Of a stretch of 64,000 nt of DNA, positions 20,775-31,396 are shown in pieces; positions within the stretch are counted from its first letter, which is position 1; every line of letters begins with the position of its first letter. The notes beneath the pieces were generated by a model. It saw only the letters and a list, made by a program, of their open reading frames with translations. It ran no database searches and was not told the DNA's origin. The DNA lies in contig CAZVZU010000003.1 of the NCBI GenBank assembly GCA_964631685.1, forward strand, positions 158,127 through 222,126, given 5' to 3'. The translations under genes were made by a program, and so were the position numbers. This DNA is from an uncultured Actinomycetes bacterium (GTDB lineage Bacteria > SZUA-79 > Acidulodesulfobacterales > Acidulodesulfobacteraceae).

Positions 20775-22322
20775 ATGTTAGAAATATCGCATAAATACTA
20801 TAAGTGGATAATTCTTGCGCTTGTAGTCTTATCTACTTTTATGGCAATACTCGATGTTAATGTCGTAACGGTGGGACTTCCCAAGATGATGTCCTATTTC
20901 AGCGTTAACGTTACGGATATTGAATGGGTAATGATTGCCTATACCATAGCTTATTCCATAGTTATACTTCCGGTAGCTTATTTTAGAAAAAAATATGGAA
21001 TAAAATATCCCTTTATAATATCTATCATTATTTTTGTAATAGGATCCATTTTATGCGGACTTGCACCATCTTACCCCGACCTTATCATGTTCCGTATTTT
21101 ACAAGCTATCGGTGGCGCAGGACTCACTCCTATAGGCTTAACTTTGCTTGCGGAGGTTTTTCCGCCGAATGAAAGGGGCGGGGCAATGGGTATTTGGTCT
21201 ATAGGTGCAATGATGGCTCCCGCACTAGGTCCCACTCTTGGGGGTTACCTTATAGATTATGTAAATTGGAGATGGATATTTTACATAAATGTTCCAATAG
21301 GAATTATTTCCATAGTAGGTTCAATTTTGATTTTACCGCACGATATTCCGATAAAAAAGTATTTAAAGAAATTCGATGCACTAGGTTTTTTATTCATGGC
21401 CTTATCTTTAGGCTTTCTATTATATGCTCTGAATAAAGGACAGGCTATTGGATGGCATGCACCTATTATAATCCAATCAGAGGTTATAAGTGGGTTTTCA
21501 TTTGTTTTTTTTATCGTTACCGAATTGTTTACAGATGTGCCACTCCTTAATTTGGCGATATTTAAAAATTACAATTTTGTTATATCTATCGTAGTTAATA
21601 TGATAAAGGCCGTAGGAATTTTTAGCGCTATGTTTTTGTTGCCACTTTTCTTAGAGAATGTGCTTGGTTACAATGCAATGTATTCCGGGATCTTAATGGC
21701 TCCCGCTGCTCTTGCAGTGGCTGTTGTTTCTCCATTTTCCGGCAAAATATCCGATAAGATAGGTCCGAGGTATCCGATGTTTTTAGGGTTACTAATCACT
21801 GCGGCGTCTATGTTTATGTTTGACAATCTTTCACTAAGGACTAGCGTTTACTATATAGTGGTGAATCAACTGATAAGGGGAGTTGGCATAGGTTTATTAA
21901 ACCCACCTATTATAAGTACTGCGTTGAATTCCGTAAAAAAGGAGTTGATCCCAGAGGCTTCCGGTTTAATACCTGTGGCCCTCCAAATAGGGGCATCTTT
22001 TGGCATAGCCTATGTAGGTAGCGAACTTGTTGTTAGACAGGCTTATCATCTAAATCAATATGCGAGAAATATCCGATATAATTTTTATACTTATCACAAT
22101 ATAATAAATTATATAAATGGGAATTTAATACACAAAGCCCCTGCATATTTTAGACCGGGAACGATATATCCTAATCCGTCCCTAAGCTTTTTCGATTATA
22201 TCATACGAATGCTTTCTTCCGTTGCCTCTTACGGTGATTTATTTGCAATTTTGGGATACATAACCTTAGTTGCTTCCGTTGCCGCATTGTTTATCAAAAA
22301 TAAAATGCCGATAAATAAATAA
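20775..22322 (+). CDS. DHA2 (EmrB/QacA) MFS drug transporter
   Basis: FMAILDVNVV, FRILQAIGG, GPTLGG, WRWIFYINVPIG. Confidence 0.92.
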   Translation: MLEISHKYYKWIILALVVLSTFMAILDVNVVTVGLPKMMSYFSVNVTDIEWVMIAYTIAYSIVILPVAYFRKKYGIKYPFIISIIIFVIGSILCGLAPSYPDLIMFRILQAIGGAGLTPIGLTLLAEVFPPNERGGAMGIWSIGAMMAPALGPTLGGYLIDYVNWRWIFYINVPIGIISIVGSILILPHDIPIKKYLKKFDALGFLFMALSLGFLLYALNKGQAIGWHAPIIIQSEVISGFSFVFFIVTELFTDVPLLNLAIFKNYNFVISIVVNMIKAVGIFSAMFLLPLFLENVLGYNAMYSGILMAPAALAVAVVSPFSGKISDKIGPRYPMFLGLLITAASMFMFDNLSLRTSVYYIVVNQLIRGVGIGLLNPPIISTALNSVKKELIPEASGLIPVALQIGASFGIAYVGSELVVRQAYHLNQYARNIRYNFYTYHNIINYINGNLIHKAPAYFRPGTIYPNPSLSFFDYIIRMLSSVASYGDLFAILGYITLVASVAALFIKNKMPINK

Positions 22323-22363
22323 TAGGTATTTATCGTATCGCACAAATGTGGTAGTATTAAGGC

Positions 22364-23731
22364 ATGAACGAGAATATGATAAGTGGTAATTTGGTTCTTA
22401 CCGTATCTGAGTTGTCCCGTCTTCTAAAGAAAACCATAGAAGGAAGTTTTTATAGTATAAGGGTGAGGGGGGAGATTTCGGGTTTAAAAACCAACTATTC
22501 ATCCGGTATTTATTTCGACTTAAAAGACGAATATGCAAAATTAAAATGTATAATTTTTAGAAATGATGCTAAAAAAATACAGTTTGATATCAAAGAAGGG
22601 TTATCTATCACTGCTTATGGTCGTATAGGATTATACGAACCAAGAGGTGAGTATAGTCTTATAGTATCAAGTGTTGAGCCTGCAGGATATGGCGAACTTT
22701 ATCTATTGTTCGAGCAGTTGAAAGAAAAACTTAAAAATGAGGGATTGTTCGATGATGTTTCCAAGAAAGATATACCTTTTTTACCGAAGAATATAGGAAT
22801 AGTGACATCGCGAAGCGGTGCCGTTTTACATGATATGGTAAAAATTATAAAATCTAGATTTGAGAATGTTTCCATAATATTTGTGAATGCAAGGGTTCAG
22901 GGCAAAAACAGCTCTGCAGAATTGGCCGCTGCAATAGAATTATTAAATATTTACAGTCGAACAAGAAAAAAGATAGATGTGATAATAGTGGGCAGGGGTG
23001 GCGGAAGCATTGAGGATTTATGGGCATTTAACGAGGAGATTACGGCACGGGCTATTTTTAATTCGACAGTTCCCGTGATAAGCGCGATCGGTCATGAAAC
23101 CGACTTTACCATCGCCGATTTTGTTGCGGACATGCGCGCTTCGACTCCGTCTAATGCTGCGGAAATGGCTGTTCCCGTCAAGTTCGATCTTGTAAGGCAG
23201 GTTAGAGCATTTAGAAGCAGAATAGAGCAGGGTGTTTTTAATGTTGTTTTGGGCAAAAAGGATTACATGCTGAATTTGATTAAAAATATGGAAATGGTTT
23301 CTCCTAAAAGAATAATCCAAGATAAGATGTTCAGAATTCATGATATAACAGACAAACTACAAACAAATATTGATTCGCGTATCCATTTATCAAAAACAAA
23401 TGTTGTTCATCTTGGCAAAAGACTTTTATTGAAAAATCCTTCGTCTATTTTTAATGAGAACAAGGCTCATATACAAGATTTATCAAAAAGACTTAAAAAA
23501 GGTATAGATATAACGATATCAAGACATATAGATAGGTTAAAAACAGAAAGCAAAGCATTGAATTCACTTAGCCCTTTTGATGTGCTAAAGAGGGGATACG
23601 GTATAATTTTTACGGATAAAAATGATGTCATATCCTCCGTTTTGGGTGTTGAGGAAGATGATAATATAAGAATAAAACTATACGACGGGACGTTAAGGGC
23701 GACGGTTAAGGGCGACGAGGCAGAGGCTTAG
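22364..23731 (+). CDS. xseA: Exodeoxyribonuclease VII large subunit
   Basis: VRGEIS..YFDLKD OB fold, RGGGSIEDLWAFNEE, GHETDFT, TPSNAAE, LKRGY. Confidence 0.96.
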   Translation: MNENMISGNLVLTVSELSRLLKKTIEGSFYSIRVRGEISGLKTNYSSGIYFDLKDEYAKLKCIIFRNDAKKIQFDIKEGLSITAYGRIGLYEPRGEYSLIVSSVEPAGYGELYLLFEQLKEKLKNEGLFDDVSKKDIPFLPKNIGIVTSRSGAVLHDMVKIIKSRFENVSIIFVNARVQGKNSSAELAAAIELLNIYSRTRKKIDVIIVGRGGGSIEDLWAFNEEITARAIFNSTVPVISAIGHETDFTIADFVADMRASTPSNAAEMAVPVKFDLVRQVRAFRSRIEQGVFNVVLGKKDYMLNLIKNMEMVSPKRIIQDKMFRIHDITDKLQTNIDSRIHLSKTNVVHLGKRLLLKNPSSIFNENKAHIQDLSKRLKKGIDITISRHIDRLKTESKALNSLSPFDVLKRGYGIIFTDKNDVISSVLGVEEDDNIRIKLYDGTLRATVKGDEAEA

Positions 23732-24860
23732 ACCTCTTCTTTATTATATGTATTGCAGACTTCTTTAGGGATATGAAAACTGTTTTTCCTTCATGGAGGT
23801 TCATGACCTCATAGGCATGAAATGGTATTAAAACCTTAAATTCTAAATCATCTTCAGGTATAATAGATATTTCCATCATACGAGAGGTGAAAATGGCAGA
23901 TTCAATCGTACCGGAAAAGTGATTTTCTCTTACTGATTTTGAAGCTTGTTTATCCTCTCTTAGTATGATTATCTCTTCCGGTCTTATCACAAAAAAAACA
24001 TGCTCGTTTATCTCAAAATTTCCTTGAAAATCAGCTTCGATATAGCTTTGTCCGTGTTTTATGTATGGTAGCGTAATTTTAATTAAGTTATTTTTTTCAT
24101 TTATCTCAGAAATAATGCCATCAAATATGTTTTCGGTTCCAAGAAGAGAAGCAGTATCCATAGAAGACGGTTTTTTTAAAACATCCTTGGGGCGTCCGAA
24201 ATCTTGGATCTTACCGTTATTCAAAATAAACATTTTATTTGAAAGATTTAAGATATCTTCTATATCATGGGTTACAAGTAGCATGGAAATCTTAAGTTCA
24301 TTATTTATTTCTTTGATTAGTTTTCTTACCTTAATTTTTGAAATAATATCAAGATTTGAAAACGGTTCATCCATAAGTATGACTTCAGGATTTACTATTA
24401 GTGCCCGTGCCAGTGATACTCTTTGAGCTTGTCCCATGCTTATCTCATATGGATATCTTTTTTCCAAGCCAATAATCCCAAGCAATTCCATTATCTCCCT
24501 GCTTGATTTGGATATTTTCTTATCACCGGCTATATATCTTTTTTTATTCAGGCTTAATTTTGAACCAAAGGATATGTTTTCCAATACATTCATGTGCGGG
24601 AACAAGAGAGGCTCTTCCATCACCAGGGCGCAGTGTCTTTCATACGGTTCCAAATTATTTATATTGTTTCCGTTGAGCATGATATCGCCGTTATCTTGTT
24701 TTATAATGCCGCATATTATTCGCAGGAGTGTACTTTTACCCTCGCCGGAATAGCCGAAAATAGAGGAAATTTCTGCGCTTTCTATATCTAAATTTATGCC
24801 GTGTAATACCTTTTTGCCGGAAAAGTTTTTATAAATATTTTTAATTTCTAATAGTTTCAT
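23706..24860 (-). CDS. modC: Molybdate/tungstate ABC transporter ATPase with TOBE domains
   Basis: GYSGEGKST, ISMGQAQRV, LMDEPF, C-terminal TOBE-like region; operon with modA/modB. Confidence 0.75.
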   Translation of the reverse strand: MKLLEIKNIYKNFSGKKVLHGINLDIESAEISSIFGYSGEGKSTLLRIICGIIKQDNGDIMLNGNNINNLEPYERHCALVMEEPLLFPHMNVLENISFGSKLSLNKKRYIAGDKKISKSSREIMELLGIIGLEKRYPYEISMGQAQRVSLARALIVNPEVILMDEPFSNLDIISKIKVRKLIKEINNELKISMLLVTHDIEDILNLSNKMFILNNGKIQDFGRPKDVLKKPSSMDTASLLGTENIFDGIISEINEKNNLIKITLPYIKHGQSYIEADFQGNFEINEHVFFVIRPEEIIILREDKQASKSVRENHFSGTIESAIFTSRMMEISIIPEDDLEFKVLIPFHAYEVMNLHEGKTVFISLKKSAIHIIKKRSKPLPRRP

Positions 24861-24877
24861 TTTTTTTGTGGCAAAAA

Positions 24878-25681
24878 TTAATTTTTTACCTTCATTTTGT
24901 GGTTAAAATATTTAAAAATTCCGAGTGAAAATAGGGATATGAGCATCAAGATACTGGCAATAGCAATGGCAGCAGGGTAGTTGCCATAACTCGTTTTAAC
25001 AAATATCTCTATTGGGGCAGTTTCGGTAACATTCGGGATAACGCCGGAAACCATCTGCGTGGCGGCATATTCGCCCATGGATCTTGACCAGCTCATTGCA
25101 AGTCCAGCTAATATGCCGTTATATGAAAGCGGAAGTATAACCTTAAAAAGAATGTCGAATGACGATGCTCCCAGTGTTTTACTTAAATTTATCATTTTTC
25201 TATTTATTGAGTCAAATGATGTTTTGGCGATATTCACAAAGAAAGGAAATGAAATAATCAACTGAACCAAAACAATACCCTGCGGTGTAAATACGAATTT
25301 TATCCCATTTTGTATAAATAAGCTTCCTATCGGATTAAGCGGCCCCAAAGTAATTAATACGGCAAAACCTATTACAAGAGGCGATATGGTAAGCGGAAGG
25401 GTTGAGATTAAGTCGAGAGCAAAAGATATCTTACTCTCGTTAAACGATAATATGTATGCAATAGGAATGCCTATTATGAGATTTATCAAGATAACTATGA
25501 AGGATATCTTGAAACTTAAGAATATTGAATCCCAAAGACGAGTATCCCCTAATTCTTTTACAAAAATATCCAATGAGGTTTGAAAAAATATGCCTGAGAG
25601 TAATAGTACTAATGCCGTAAAAAATAAGAATGAAATGATATAGATAAGTATGTTGAATAGTTTATTTTTATTTAAAGCCAT
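24878..25681 (-). CDS. modB: Molybdate/tungstate ABC transporter permease
   Basis: LPLTISPLVIG, SKTLGAS (EAA loop), WSRSMGEYAAT. Confidence 0.8.
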   Translation of the reverse strand: MALNKNKLFNILIYIISFLFFTALVLLLSGIFFQTSLDIFVKELGDTRLWDSIFLSFKISFIVILINLIIGIPIAYILSFNESKISFALDLISTLPLTISPLVIGFAVLITLGPLNPIGSLFIQNGIKFVFTPQGIVLVQLIISFPFFVNIAKTSFDSINRKMINLSKTLGASSFDILFKVILPLSYNGILAGLAMSWSRSMGEYAATQMVSGVIPNVTETAPIEIFVKTSYGNYPAAIAIASILMLISLFSLGIFKYFNHKMKVKN

Positions 25682-25737
25682 AGGTTACTTCAGGGTTTAA
25701 TTTTTTATTTTTTAAGGGGGCACAAAAAAGAACTATT

Positions 25738-26544
25738 TTACTTTGCGGCATTTACCGGATAAAAACCCCAATATTTTAATATCCCCCTTCCTCTCTTCGA
25801 AAAAAGAAGTTTTACGAAGTCTTCATCAAGAATTTTATGTTCTGACTGATTTAAAACTGAAGACGTAAATTTTGCACGCGTGTTGTATTGTTTTGGAATG
25901 GGTATTATATTGATTTTAGCACCGCTCCTTTTAAGTTCCTGGAGTTGTGACTTATAAAGTATTCCTAAATCAGTGTTTCCGCTCTCTATCACAGGCATAA
26001 CCATAGCGCCGTCAAGCAGATGATTGTCATGCATTGTAATCTTTTTGAATGCACCCGGAAATTGCTTATTAATTATTCTAAACATTTTCCATGTATAGTC
26101 TCCTGCGGGGTCGGAATGCGGGCTGGATGTTGTAATTGAGACGTTAGGATCCATTAGTTTTTCTATTAAATTAAATCTTGTTATTTGCGCAGGGTTGTTG
26201 TAAGGTGTGGCTGCTGCTAAATAATCATATGCAAAAATCCTATAAGAATTTAGAAAATCTTTTTTCTTGAGTTGCTTTTGAAATTTCTCATTTGCTGATA
26301 AAAAGATGTCACCAGGTGCCCCTTCCTCAATATCACCCTTAAGAACGCCGGTGCCAAGAAAATCATAATTGATCTTAACCCCCGCATGCTCTTTCTCGAA
26401 AATATTGCCTATTGCCGAAATAGGTTTTACGAGAGCATCTGCTGCCATTATCCTTAAGGTTACGGCGCTTGCTTTGGTATTACTGAATATTACTACACTT
26501 ACAATAAAAATAGTAAAAATCAATAAAAATTCAATTTTCCTCAC
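25738..26544 (-). CDS. modA: Molybdate/tungstate ABC substrate-binding protein
   Basis: Signal peptide; GTGVLKGDIEEGAPGDIFLSAN, SDPAGDY; SD AAGGAG before GTG. Confidence 0.8.
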   Translation of the reverse strand: MRKIEFLLIFTIFIVSVVIFSNTKASAVTLRIMAADALVKPISAIGNIFEKEHAGVKINYDFLGTGVLKGDIEEGAPGDIFLSANEKFQKQLKKKDFLNSYRIFAYDYLAAATPYNNPAQITRFNLIEKLMDPNVSITTSSPHSDPAGDYTWKMFRIINKQFPGAFKKITMHDNHLLDGAMVMPVIESGNTDLGILYKSQLQELKRSGAKINIIPIPKQYNTRAKFTSSVLNQSEHKILDEDFVKLLFSKRGRGILKYWGFYPVNAAK

Positions 26545-26718
26545 GCGTCATCTCCTTTTTTAATTCTCCTTATCCCTAGCATATCTTACCCATTGTATCA
26601 TATTTTTTACAAAAATAAATGGACAGAATGTTGAATACCTAAAATAGTCAATATGTATTAAGTATCACGTTTTATTGTTCTTGATAGCTTGACAAGTAAA
26701 TGTCGCCATTTCTTATTC

Positions 26719-27762
26719 TTATTTAAGATATTTACTGATATTCTTATTTTGTTCTCGTAATGTTTGAGCAAATATTGTTCTGCCAGATTTTGTGGCAATG
26801 TAATAGAAATATCTTGTTTTGGCAGGATGTATTGCTGCTTTGATTGCGACAATATTGGGATTTGCAATGGGAGTGAGCGGAAGTCCATAGTTTAAATAAG
26901 TGTTATACGGTGATTTTGACTTTAAATAAGCCGGATTCATGGCAAACTTAAATTTATAGCGAGACTTGTACATCATCGGTAGGTATTTTTTATAAACCAA
27001 TAAGTTTCGGGCATAAATAGATGTAGAGTCAATATCTAGGGGCATATTTATTCTAAGCCTATTATGAATAACTGATGAAATTAATTTCATACCGTCTTTA
27101 TAATTTCCGTTTGCCTCTTTAATAATCATAGATGCTATTACTAAGTTATTATACGTAAGTTTTAAGTTTTTAGTTTTTAAATCAAATTCATTTACCATTT
27201 CCTCTATGATATTTTTTGGGTTTGAATCAACCTTAAACATATATGTGTCCGGATATAAAAACCCCTCAACACTTTTTTTATCTATTTTTATACTCAAAAG
27301 GAACTTTTGGTCAAAACACTCCGCTAAAAATTGTCTCTCGCTTGTAATTTTATTTTTTGCAAGTATTTCTGCTATCCGAAATATACTTAACCCCGGCGGA
27401 ATAACTATCTTGGCCGTTGCCACTCTGCCGTTTACAAATTTACGGTAAATAGATGCAGGTGATTCATCAATAGACACATAGTATGTTCCTGTCTCTATAT
27501 ATCTTGAGTATCCCGTAATGAAACCTATAAAATAAAATAAATAGGGATTTTTTATCAGATTTTTGTCATAAAGTTTAAATGTTATCTCTTTTAAGGAATT
27601 TCCCCGCGCAATTTTCATAAGTTCTGGTTTTTTGTATTGATAGGATTGAGGCAGAAAAGCGTATAATACAACGACTGCGATAATAGATAATGGTATTATT
27701 AATTTTACGACAAAGAAGAACCTTTGGAGGTGTTTGTATGTTTTGTAGTTAAAGTAACACAT
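26719..27762 (-). CDS. mltG: Endolytic transglycosylase MltG (YceG)
   Basis: EGFLYPDTY, ASMIIKE, SVIHNRL, SPYNTY..GLPLTPIANP. Confidence 0.93.
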   Translation of the reverse strand: MCYFNYKTYKHLQRFFFVVKLIIPLSIIAVVVLYAFLPQSYQYKKPELMKIARGNSLKEITFKLYDKNLIKNPYLFYFIGFITGYSRYIETGTYYVSIDESPASIYRKFVNGRVATAKIVIPPGLSIFRIAEILAKNKITSERQFLAECFDQKFLLSIKIDKKSVEGFLYPDTYMFKVDSNPKNIIEEMVNEFDLKTKNLKLTYNNLVIASMIIKEANGNYKDGMKLISSVIHNRLRINMPLDIDSTSIYARNLLVYKKYLPMMYKSRYKFKFAMNPAYLKSKSPYNTYLNYGLPLTPIANPNIVAIKAAIHPAKTRYFYYIATKSGRTIFAQTLREQNKNISKYLK

Positions 27763-27792
27763 TTAACATATTTGAAAAATTTATGTAAAAGT

Positions 27793-28233
27793 CTATATTT
27801 GCATTTTCTTTTTATCGAGATAAGATTGTAGTATGAAAGCAGATGCTACTGAATCCACAATCTCCTTCCGTTTCTTTCTTTTGACATCTTGACTAATAAG
27901 GCTTTTTTGAGCCTGAATTGTGGAAAATCTTTCGTCATAAGTTACAATAGAGACCTGATCCGTATTATTTATGGCAGCATTGAATTCGCGAACAAACTTC
28001 TCTATCTTTAATGATAAGTCGGTTTGTTTTCCCTTAAGGCCAATTGGCATCCCGATAACTATTAAACCTATATTTTCGTTAGCAATAATATTTTCTATCT
28101 CGACAATGACTTTCTTAGATGTATTATTAGGTATGTATTTAAATGGAAATGCAATAGTTTGAGTATCATCACTCATTGAAAGCCCAATTCGTTTTGACCC
28201 ATAGTCGATGCCAAGCGCTTTTTTATTCGGCAT
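27793..28233 (-). CDS. ruvX: YqgF/RuvX pre-16S rRNA nuclease/resolvase
   Basis: LGIDYGSKRIG, DERFST, VDSVASAFILQSYL; ruvX-mltG synteny; ATG28233 preferred start. Confidence 0.93.
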   Translation of the reverse strand: MPNKKALGIDYGSKRIGLSMSDDTQTIAFPFKYIPNNTSKKVIVEIENIIANENIGLIVIGMPIGLKGKQTDLSLKIEKFVREFNAAINNTDQVSIVTYDERFSTIQAQKSLISQDVKRKKRKEIVDSVASAFILQSYLDKKKMQI

Positions 28234-29236
28234 ATCTCGTTTGTTCAAATTCTAAATCGTTTATTAGCTCTATATCTAGAGATGGGCTTCTTCCGGTAGT
28301 GAGCAGATAATTTCCTAGTAGTAATCCATTTGCCCCTGCCATAAGGGCAAGGGGCTGCAGTTGGCGAAGATTGCTCTCTCTACCCCCTTGTGCTAGTATG
28401 TTTTTTGTCGGGTTTACAAGCCTAAATATCGCCAAAGTTTTAAGACACTCCATAGGGGTAAGTCTCTCCAGCTTTTCGAGCGGTGTACCGGGGATAGGAT
28501 TGAAAAAATTAACCGGAATATTATCAACATCCAGATTTTTTATCTCTTTTGCCATTCTAATTCGGTCAAGCCTTGACTCTCCCATTCCTACAATGACCCC
28601 TGAGCATACCCTGAGCCCAGCTTTTTTTGCGGATTTGACAGTTTCTATATTATCCTTAAATGAGTGCGTGGAGCATATTTTTGGAAAAAAATCACTGCTT
28701 GTCTCAATATTATGGTGAAATACCTCAAGCCCGCAGTTCTTTAGGAACAATAAATGTTCATATTGCATAAGCCCTAAGGATGCGCATGGTGTGATTCCGA
28801 CCTCATTTTTTATCCTTTTAACGGCATTTGCAATTACATTGAGTTCGTCTTTGTTGCTTATGCAAGTTCCGCTTGTTACGATAGAAAACTCATTTGCACC
28901 ATTATCTTTGGCTACTCTTGCCGCTTCTACTATCTCGGTTTCGGTTATAAGGTTATTTATTCGCCCCCCTTTATTTTTTTTTGCGACCATCGAAGATTGA
29001 CCACAAAATGCGCAATCTTCCGAGCATATCCCTGTTTTGGCGCTGACTATGGAACAAAAATTAACCCCTTTACCCGTCCATTTTTCTCTCAGTCTAAGCG
29101 CGAGAGAGAGAAGTTCCATCAGTGCCGAGCCCGATACCTCGTAAGCAGACAAAAGAAGATCATCCGGCAATTCCGCGCCGTTATCAATCAAATTTTTTAT
29201 TTTTGGTAAGAGTAGTGACAAATTATTTTTTATCAT
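28223..29236 (-). CDS. bioB: Biotin synthase (radical SAM)
   Basis: CSEDCAFCGQS, CASLG, HNIETS, CSGVIVGMGE, GNYLLTTG. Confidence 0.95.
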   Translation of the reverse strand: MIKNNLSLLLPKIKNLIDNGAELPDDLLLSAYEVSGSALMELLSLALRLREKWTGKGVNFCSIVSAKTGICSEDCAFCGQSSMVAKKNKGGRINNLITETEIVEAARVAKDNGANEFSIVTSGTCISNKDELNVIANAVKRIKNEVGITPCASLGLMQYEHLLFLKNCGLEVFHHNIETSSDFFPKICSTHSFKDNIETVKSAKKAGLRVCSGVIVGMGESRLDRIRMAKEIKNLDVDNIPVNFFNPIPGTPLEKLERLTPMECLKTLAIFRLVNPTKNILAQGGRESNLRQLQPLALMAGANGLLLGNYLLTTGRSPSLDIELINDLEFEQTRYAE

Positions 29237-29239
29237 TAA

Positions 29240-29602
29240 TTAAATATCTTCATTGTTATTGTTTGCACCAAAGATGCCACTTTTTTTAAGCATAAATATA
29301 AGTTCGTCGATACTTTTTGATTTATCTATCGATTCCGAAATAATTTTTATTTTATTCTGGTAGCCTATTATCTTTCTTCTTAAATTTAGTATCACAGATA
29401 TACCCTCGTCATTAACCTCAAGTTCGTTCTGAATCTCAGAAATAAGCTTAAGCGTACCAGCTGTTTCGTTGTCTATGAAAAATTCATCCTCCTGTTTTTT
29501 GACGGTAATCAAACCCTCATAGACAAAAAACATAGCAGACTCTTTATTTAAGTCGATCTCGTTGCAAAAACTTATCAGATTAATAAGACAATCCATAACC
29601 AA
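29240..29602 (-). CDS. cbpM: Chaperone modulator CbpM-like (MerR-type) protein
   Basis: EGLI..., ELEVNDEGISVILNL pattern; directly downstream of cbpA-like gene. Confidence 0.65.
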   Translation of the reverse strand: MVMDCLINLISFCNEIDLNKESAMFFVYEGLITVKKQEDEFFIDNETAGTLKLISEIQNELEVNDEGISVILNLRRKIIGYQNKIKIISESIDKSKSIDELIFMLKKSGIFGANNNNEDI

Positions 29603-29618
29603 TGGTTGAACCCCTATT

Positions 29619-30515
29619 TTATATTTCCTCTTTTGAAAGTTCTGTAAATATTTTTTTTACTTTTTCGGAAATGTTAGAAGGAATTTTTACCTGAATCGTA
29701 ACAATTAAATCGCCGGCTTTTTTTGTAGAAACATCTGGAGAACCCTTTCCCGTGATACGAAACTTTGCTCCATTCTGGGTCTCTTTAGGTATGGTCAATA
29801 GTATCTTTCCGTTAATAGTCGGAATTGCAGTCTTTGTTCCAAGGACGGCTTCGGTTAATTTTATCTCTTTAGTAACATAAATATCATTTCCTTTTCTTTC
29901 AAATACCTTATCATTTAAAATACTTATTTTTATATAAAGATTTCCGTTTGGACCGTTGTTAGGACTCGGAGAACCCTTGCCTGAAACCTTTATTTTTCCG
30001 TCATTCGGAATACCCGCAGGTATTTTAATCTTTATTTTATGACCGTTGACATTTAAAATTCTTTCAGTTCCCTTGACGCTCTCAAGAACGGATATTTCAA
30101 TTGTAGCACTCAAGTCACTTCCTCTGACAGGGCTGTGCTTTCTTCCGGATCGGCTAAAAAGATCGGAAAACACATCTTCGAAATTAAAGTCGTTACTGCC
30201 GTTAAAATCAGGACCATAAGCCCCGCCGCCGGAATAGTTACGATAATACCCACCCTGAGAATGCCCCTCGTTTGCTCCGGCATTTTTAAAATTAAAATAA
30301 TTAGTCCCTAATTCGTCATATTCTTTGCGTTTTTTCTCGTCCTTCAGGACATCGTATGCTTCTTGTAGCTCTTTAAATTTTGATTCCGCAGCCTTATCAT
30401 TAGGGTTAACATCTGGATGATATTTTCTTGCTAACCTCCTGTATGCTTTTTTAATGTTGTCCGCGGAAGAGTTTTTATTTACCCTAAGTATTTTATAATA
30501 ATCTTTATATTCCAT
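29619..30515 (-). CDS. cbpA: DnaJ-class co-chaperone without zinc finger (CbpA-like)
   Basis: J domain [17 protein letters not shown]-rich linker, DnaJ_C; no CxxCxGxG repeats; start at ATG30515 (MEYKDYY) or ATG30524. Confidence 0.85.
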   Translation of the reverse strand: MEYKDYYKILRVNKNSSADNIKKAYRRLARKYHPDVNPNDKAAESKFKELQEAYDVLKDEKKRKEYDELGTNYFNFKNAGANEGHSQGGYYRNYSGGGAYGPDFNGSNDFNFEDVFSDLFSRSGRKHSPVRGSDLSATIEISVLESVKGTERILNVNGHKIKIKIPAGIPNDGKIKVSGKGSPSPNNGPNGNLYIKISILNDKVFERKGNDIYVTKEIKLTEAVLGTKTAIPTINGKILLTIPKETQNGAKFRITGKGSPDVSTKKAGDLIVTIQVKIPSNISEKVKKIFTELSKEEI

Positions 30516-30775
30516 ATAGTACATTTATATCAAAAATGATGAAAAATTTCAATGCAAATTTAATGCTATAGCAGTGACGGCATATTTTAGGTTTTGAGTA
30601 GTCGGTTGAAATTGATAATTTAATAACGTATAATTATTCATAGCATTATCGTTTAAATTGTAGCTAAACTCTATGTCGGAATAATAAAAAAAGGGCAGAT
30701 AGACGAGTTTAGGTATGACAATAATGGGGGGTGCTGTTTTTATTTTAATCAATGAAAAAGAGGTTTTGTTTTAAA

Positions 30776-31159
30776 ATGAAATTTATTCATTGCGCAATCA
30801 GGACCAATTGTTTAAACGAATCCGTTGATTTTTATATTGATGTTTTTGGTTTTGCTTTGAGAGAGAAAAGATATATAGAAGCGCATAAAACAACGTTGGT
30901 TTTTTTGAATGCGCCTGGCTCTAATTTTGAGATAGAACTCATTGCCACAGACAGTCAGAGCCAAGTAAGCCAATGCGAAAATTCCTTTGCACATCTTGCA
31001 TTTCAAACGGACGATATTGACGGAGATGTCGAAAAAATAAAGAGGAAAGGAACGACTTTTTCAAGGGAGCCATTTTTCTCGATGGACAGGAGCATGAAGC
31101 TAGTCTTTCTTGTGGATCCTAACGGAATAACAATAGAACTAATAGAATACTTAAACTAA
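30776..31159 (+). CDS. VOC/glyoxalase family protein (lactoylglutathione lyase-like)
   Basis: FIHCAIR, FYIDVFGF, EIEL, HLAF, FLVDPNGITIELIE. Confidence 0.85.
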   Translation: MKFIHCAIRTNCLNESVDFYIDVFGFALREKRYIEAHKTTLVFLNAPGSNFEIELIATDSQSQVSQCENSFAHLAFQTDDIDGDVEKIKRKGTTFSREPFFSMDRSMKLVFLVDPNGITIELIEYLN

Positions 31160-31198
31160 CCCTCCCCAAGCATCTTTATTGTAGAGCACAAGGGAGGG
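31160..31198. terminator. Hairpin between the convergent VOC gene and small selenopeptide gene
   Basis: CCCTCCC(31160-66) pairs with GGGAGGG(31192-98); no strong U-tract. Confidence 0.4.
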
Positions 31199-31203
31199 AA
31201 AGG

Positions 31204-31233
31204 CTGAATAGCGCCAACTGCGCTTATTTGCAG
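31204..31233 (-). promoter_or_regulatory. Putative bacterial SECIS element
   Basis: CTGCAAATAAGCGC-AGTTG-GCGCTATTCAG hairpin; loop starts after 19 nt downstream of in-frame TGA(31241-31239), with G at loop position 2. Confidence 0.7.
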
Positions 31234-31343
31234 GATTTTCAGGAATAACACGAACCTTTAATTCCGTAACCTTTCATGATTAGACCGTAAAATTCTTCGG
31301 CAGAAATATCCTGAAACAGTGGTGCTGCATAGACCTTTTTCAT
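31224..31343 (-). CDS. Small putative selenopeptide, 39 aa: MKKVYAAPLFQDISAEEFYGLIMKGYGIKGSCYSUKSCK (RiPP-precursor-like; 34 aa if TGA is a stop)
   Basis: AAGGAGG SD 7 nt before ATG31343; own promoter; TGA in C-x-x-U-x-x-C context followed by SECIS-like hairpin; TAA at 31226-31224. Confidence 0.7.
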
Positions 31344-31396
31344 AGTTTCGCCTCCTTGATTTTTGTTATAGTAATTACTTATCCTGCTTTTCCTAG

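Noticed and set aside
26545..26718. Possible Moco riboswitch or ModE box upstream of modA
   Set aside because: No recognisable consensus or stable structure seen
30549..30752. 67-aa minus-strand ORF between cbpA and the VOC gene
   Set aside because: No SD or recognisable motif; overlaps the divergent promoter region
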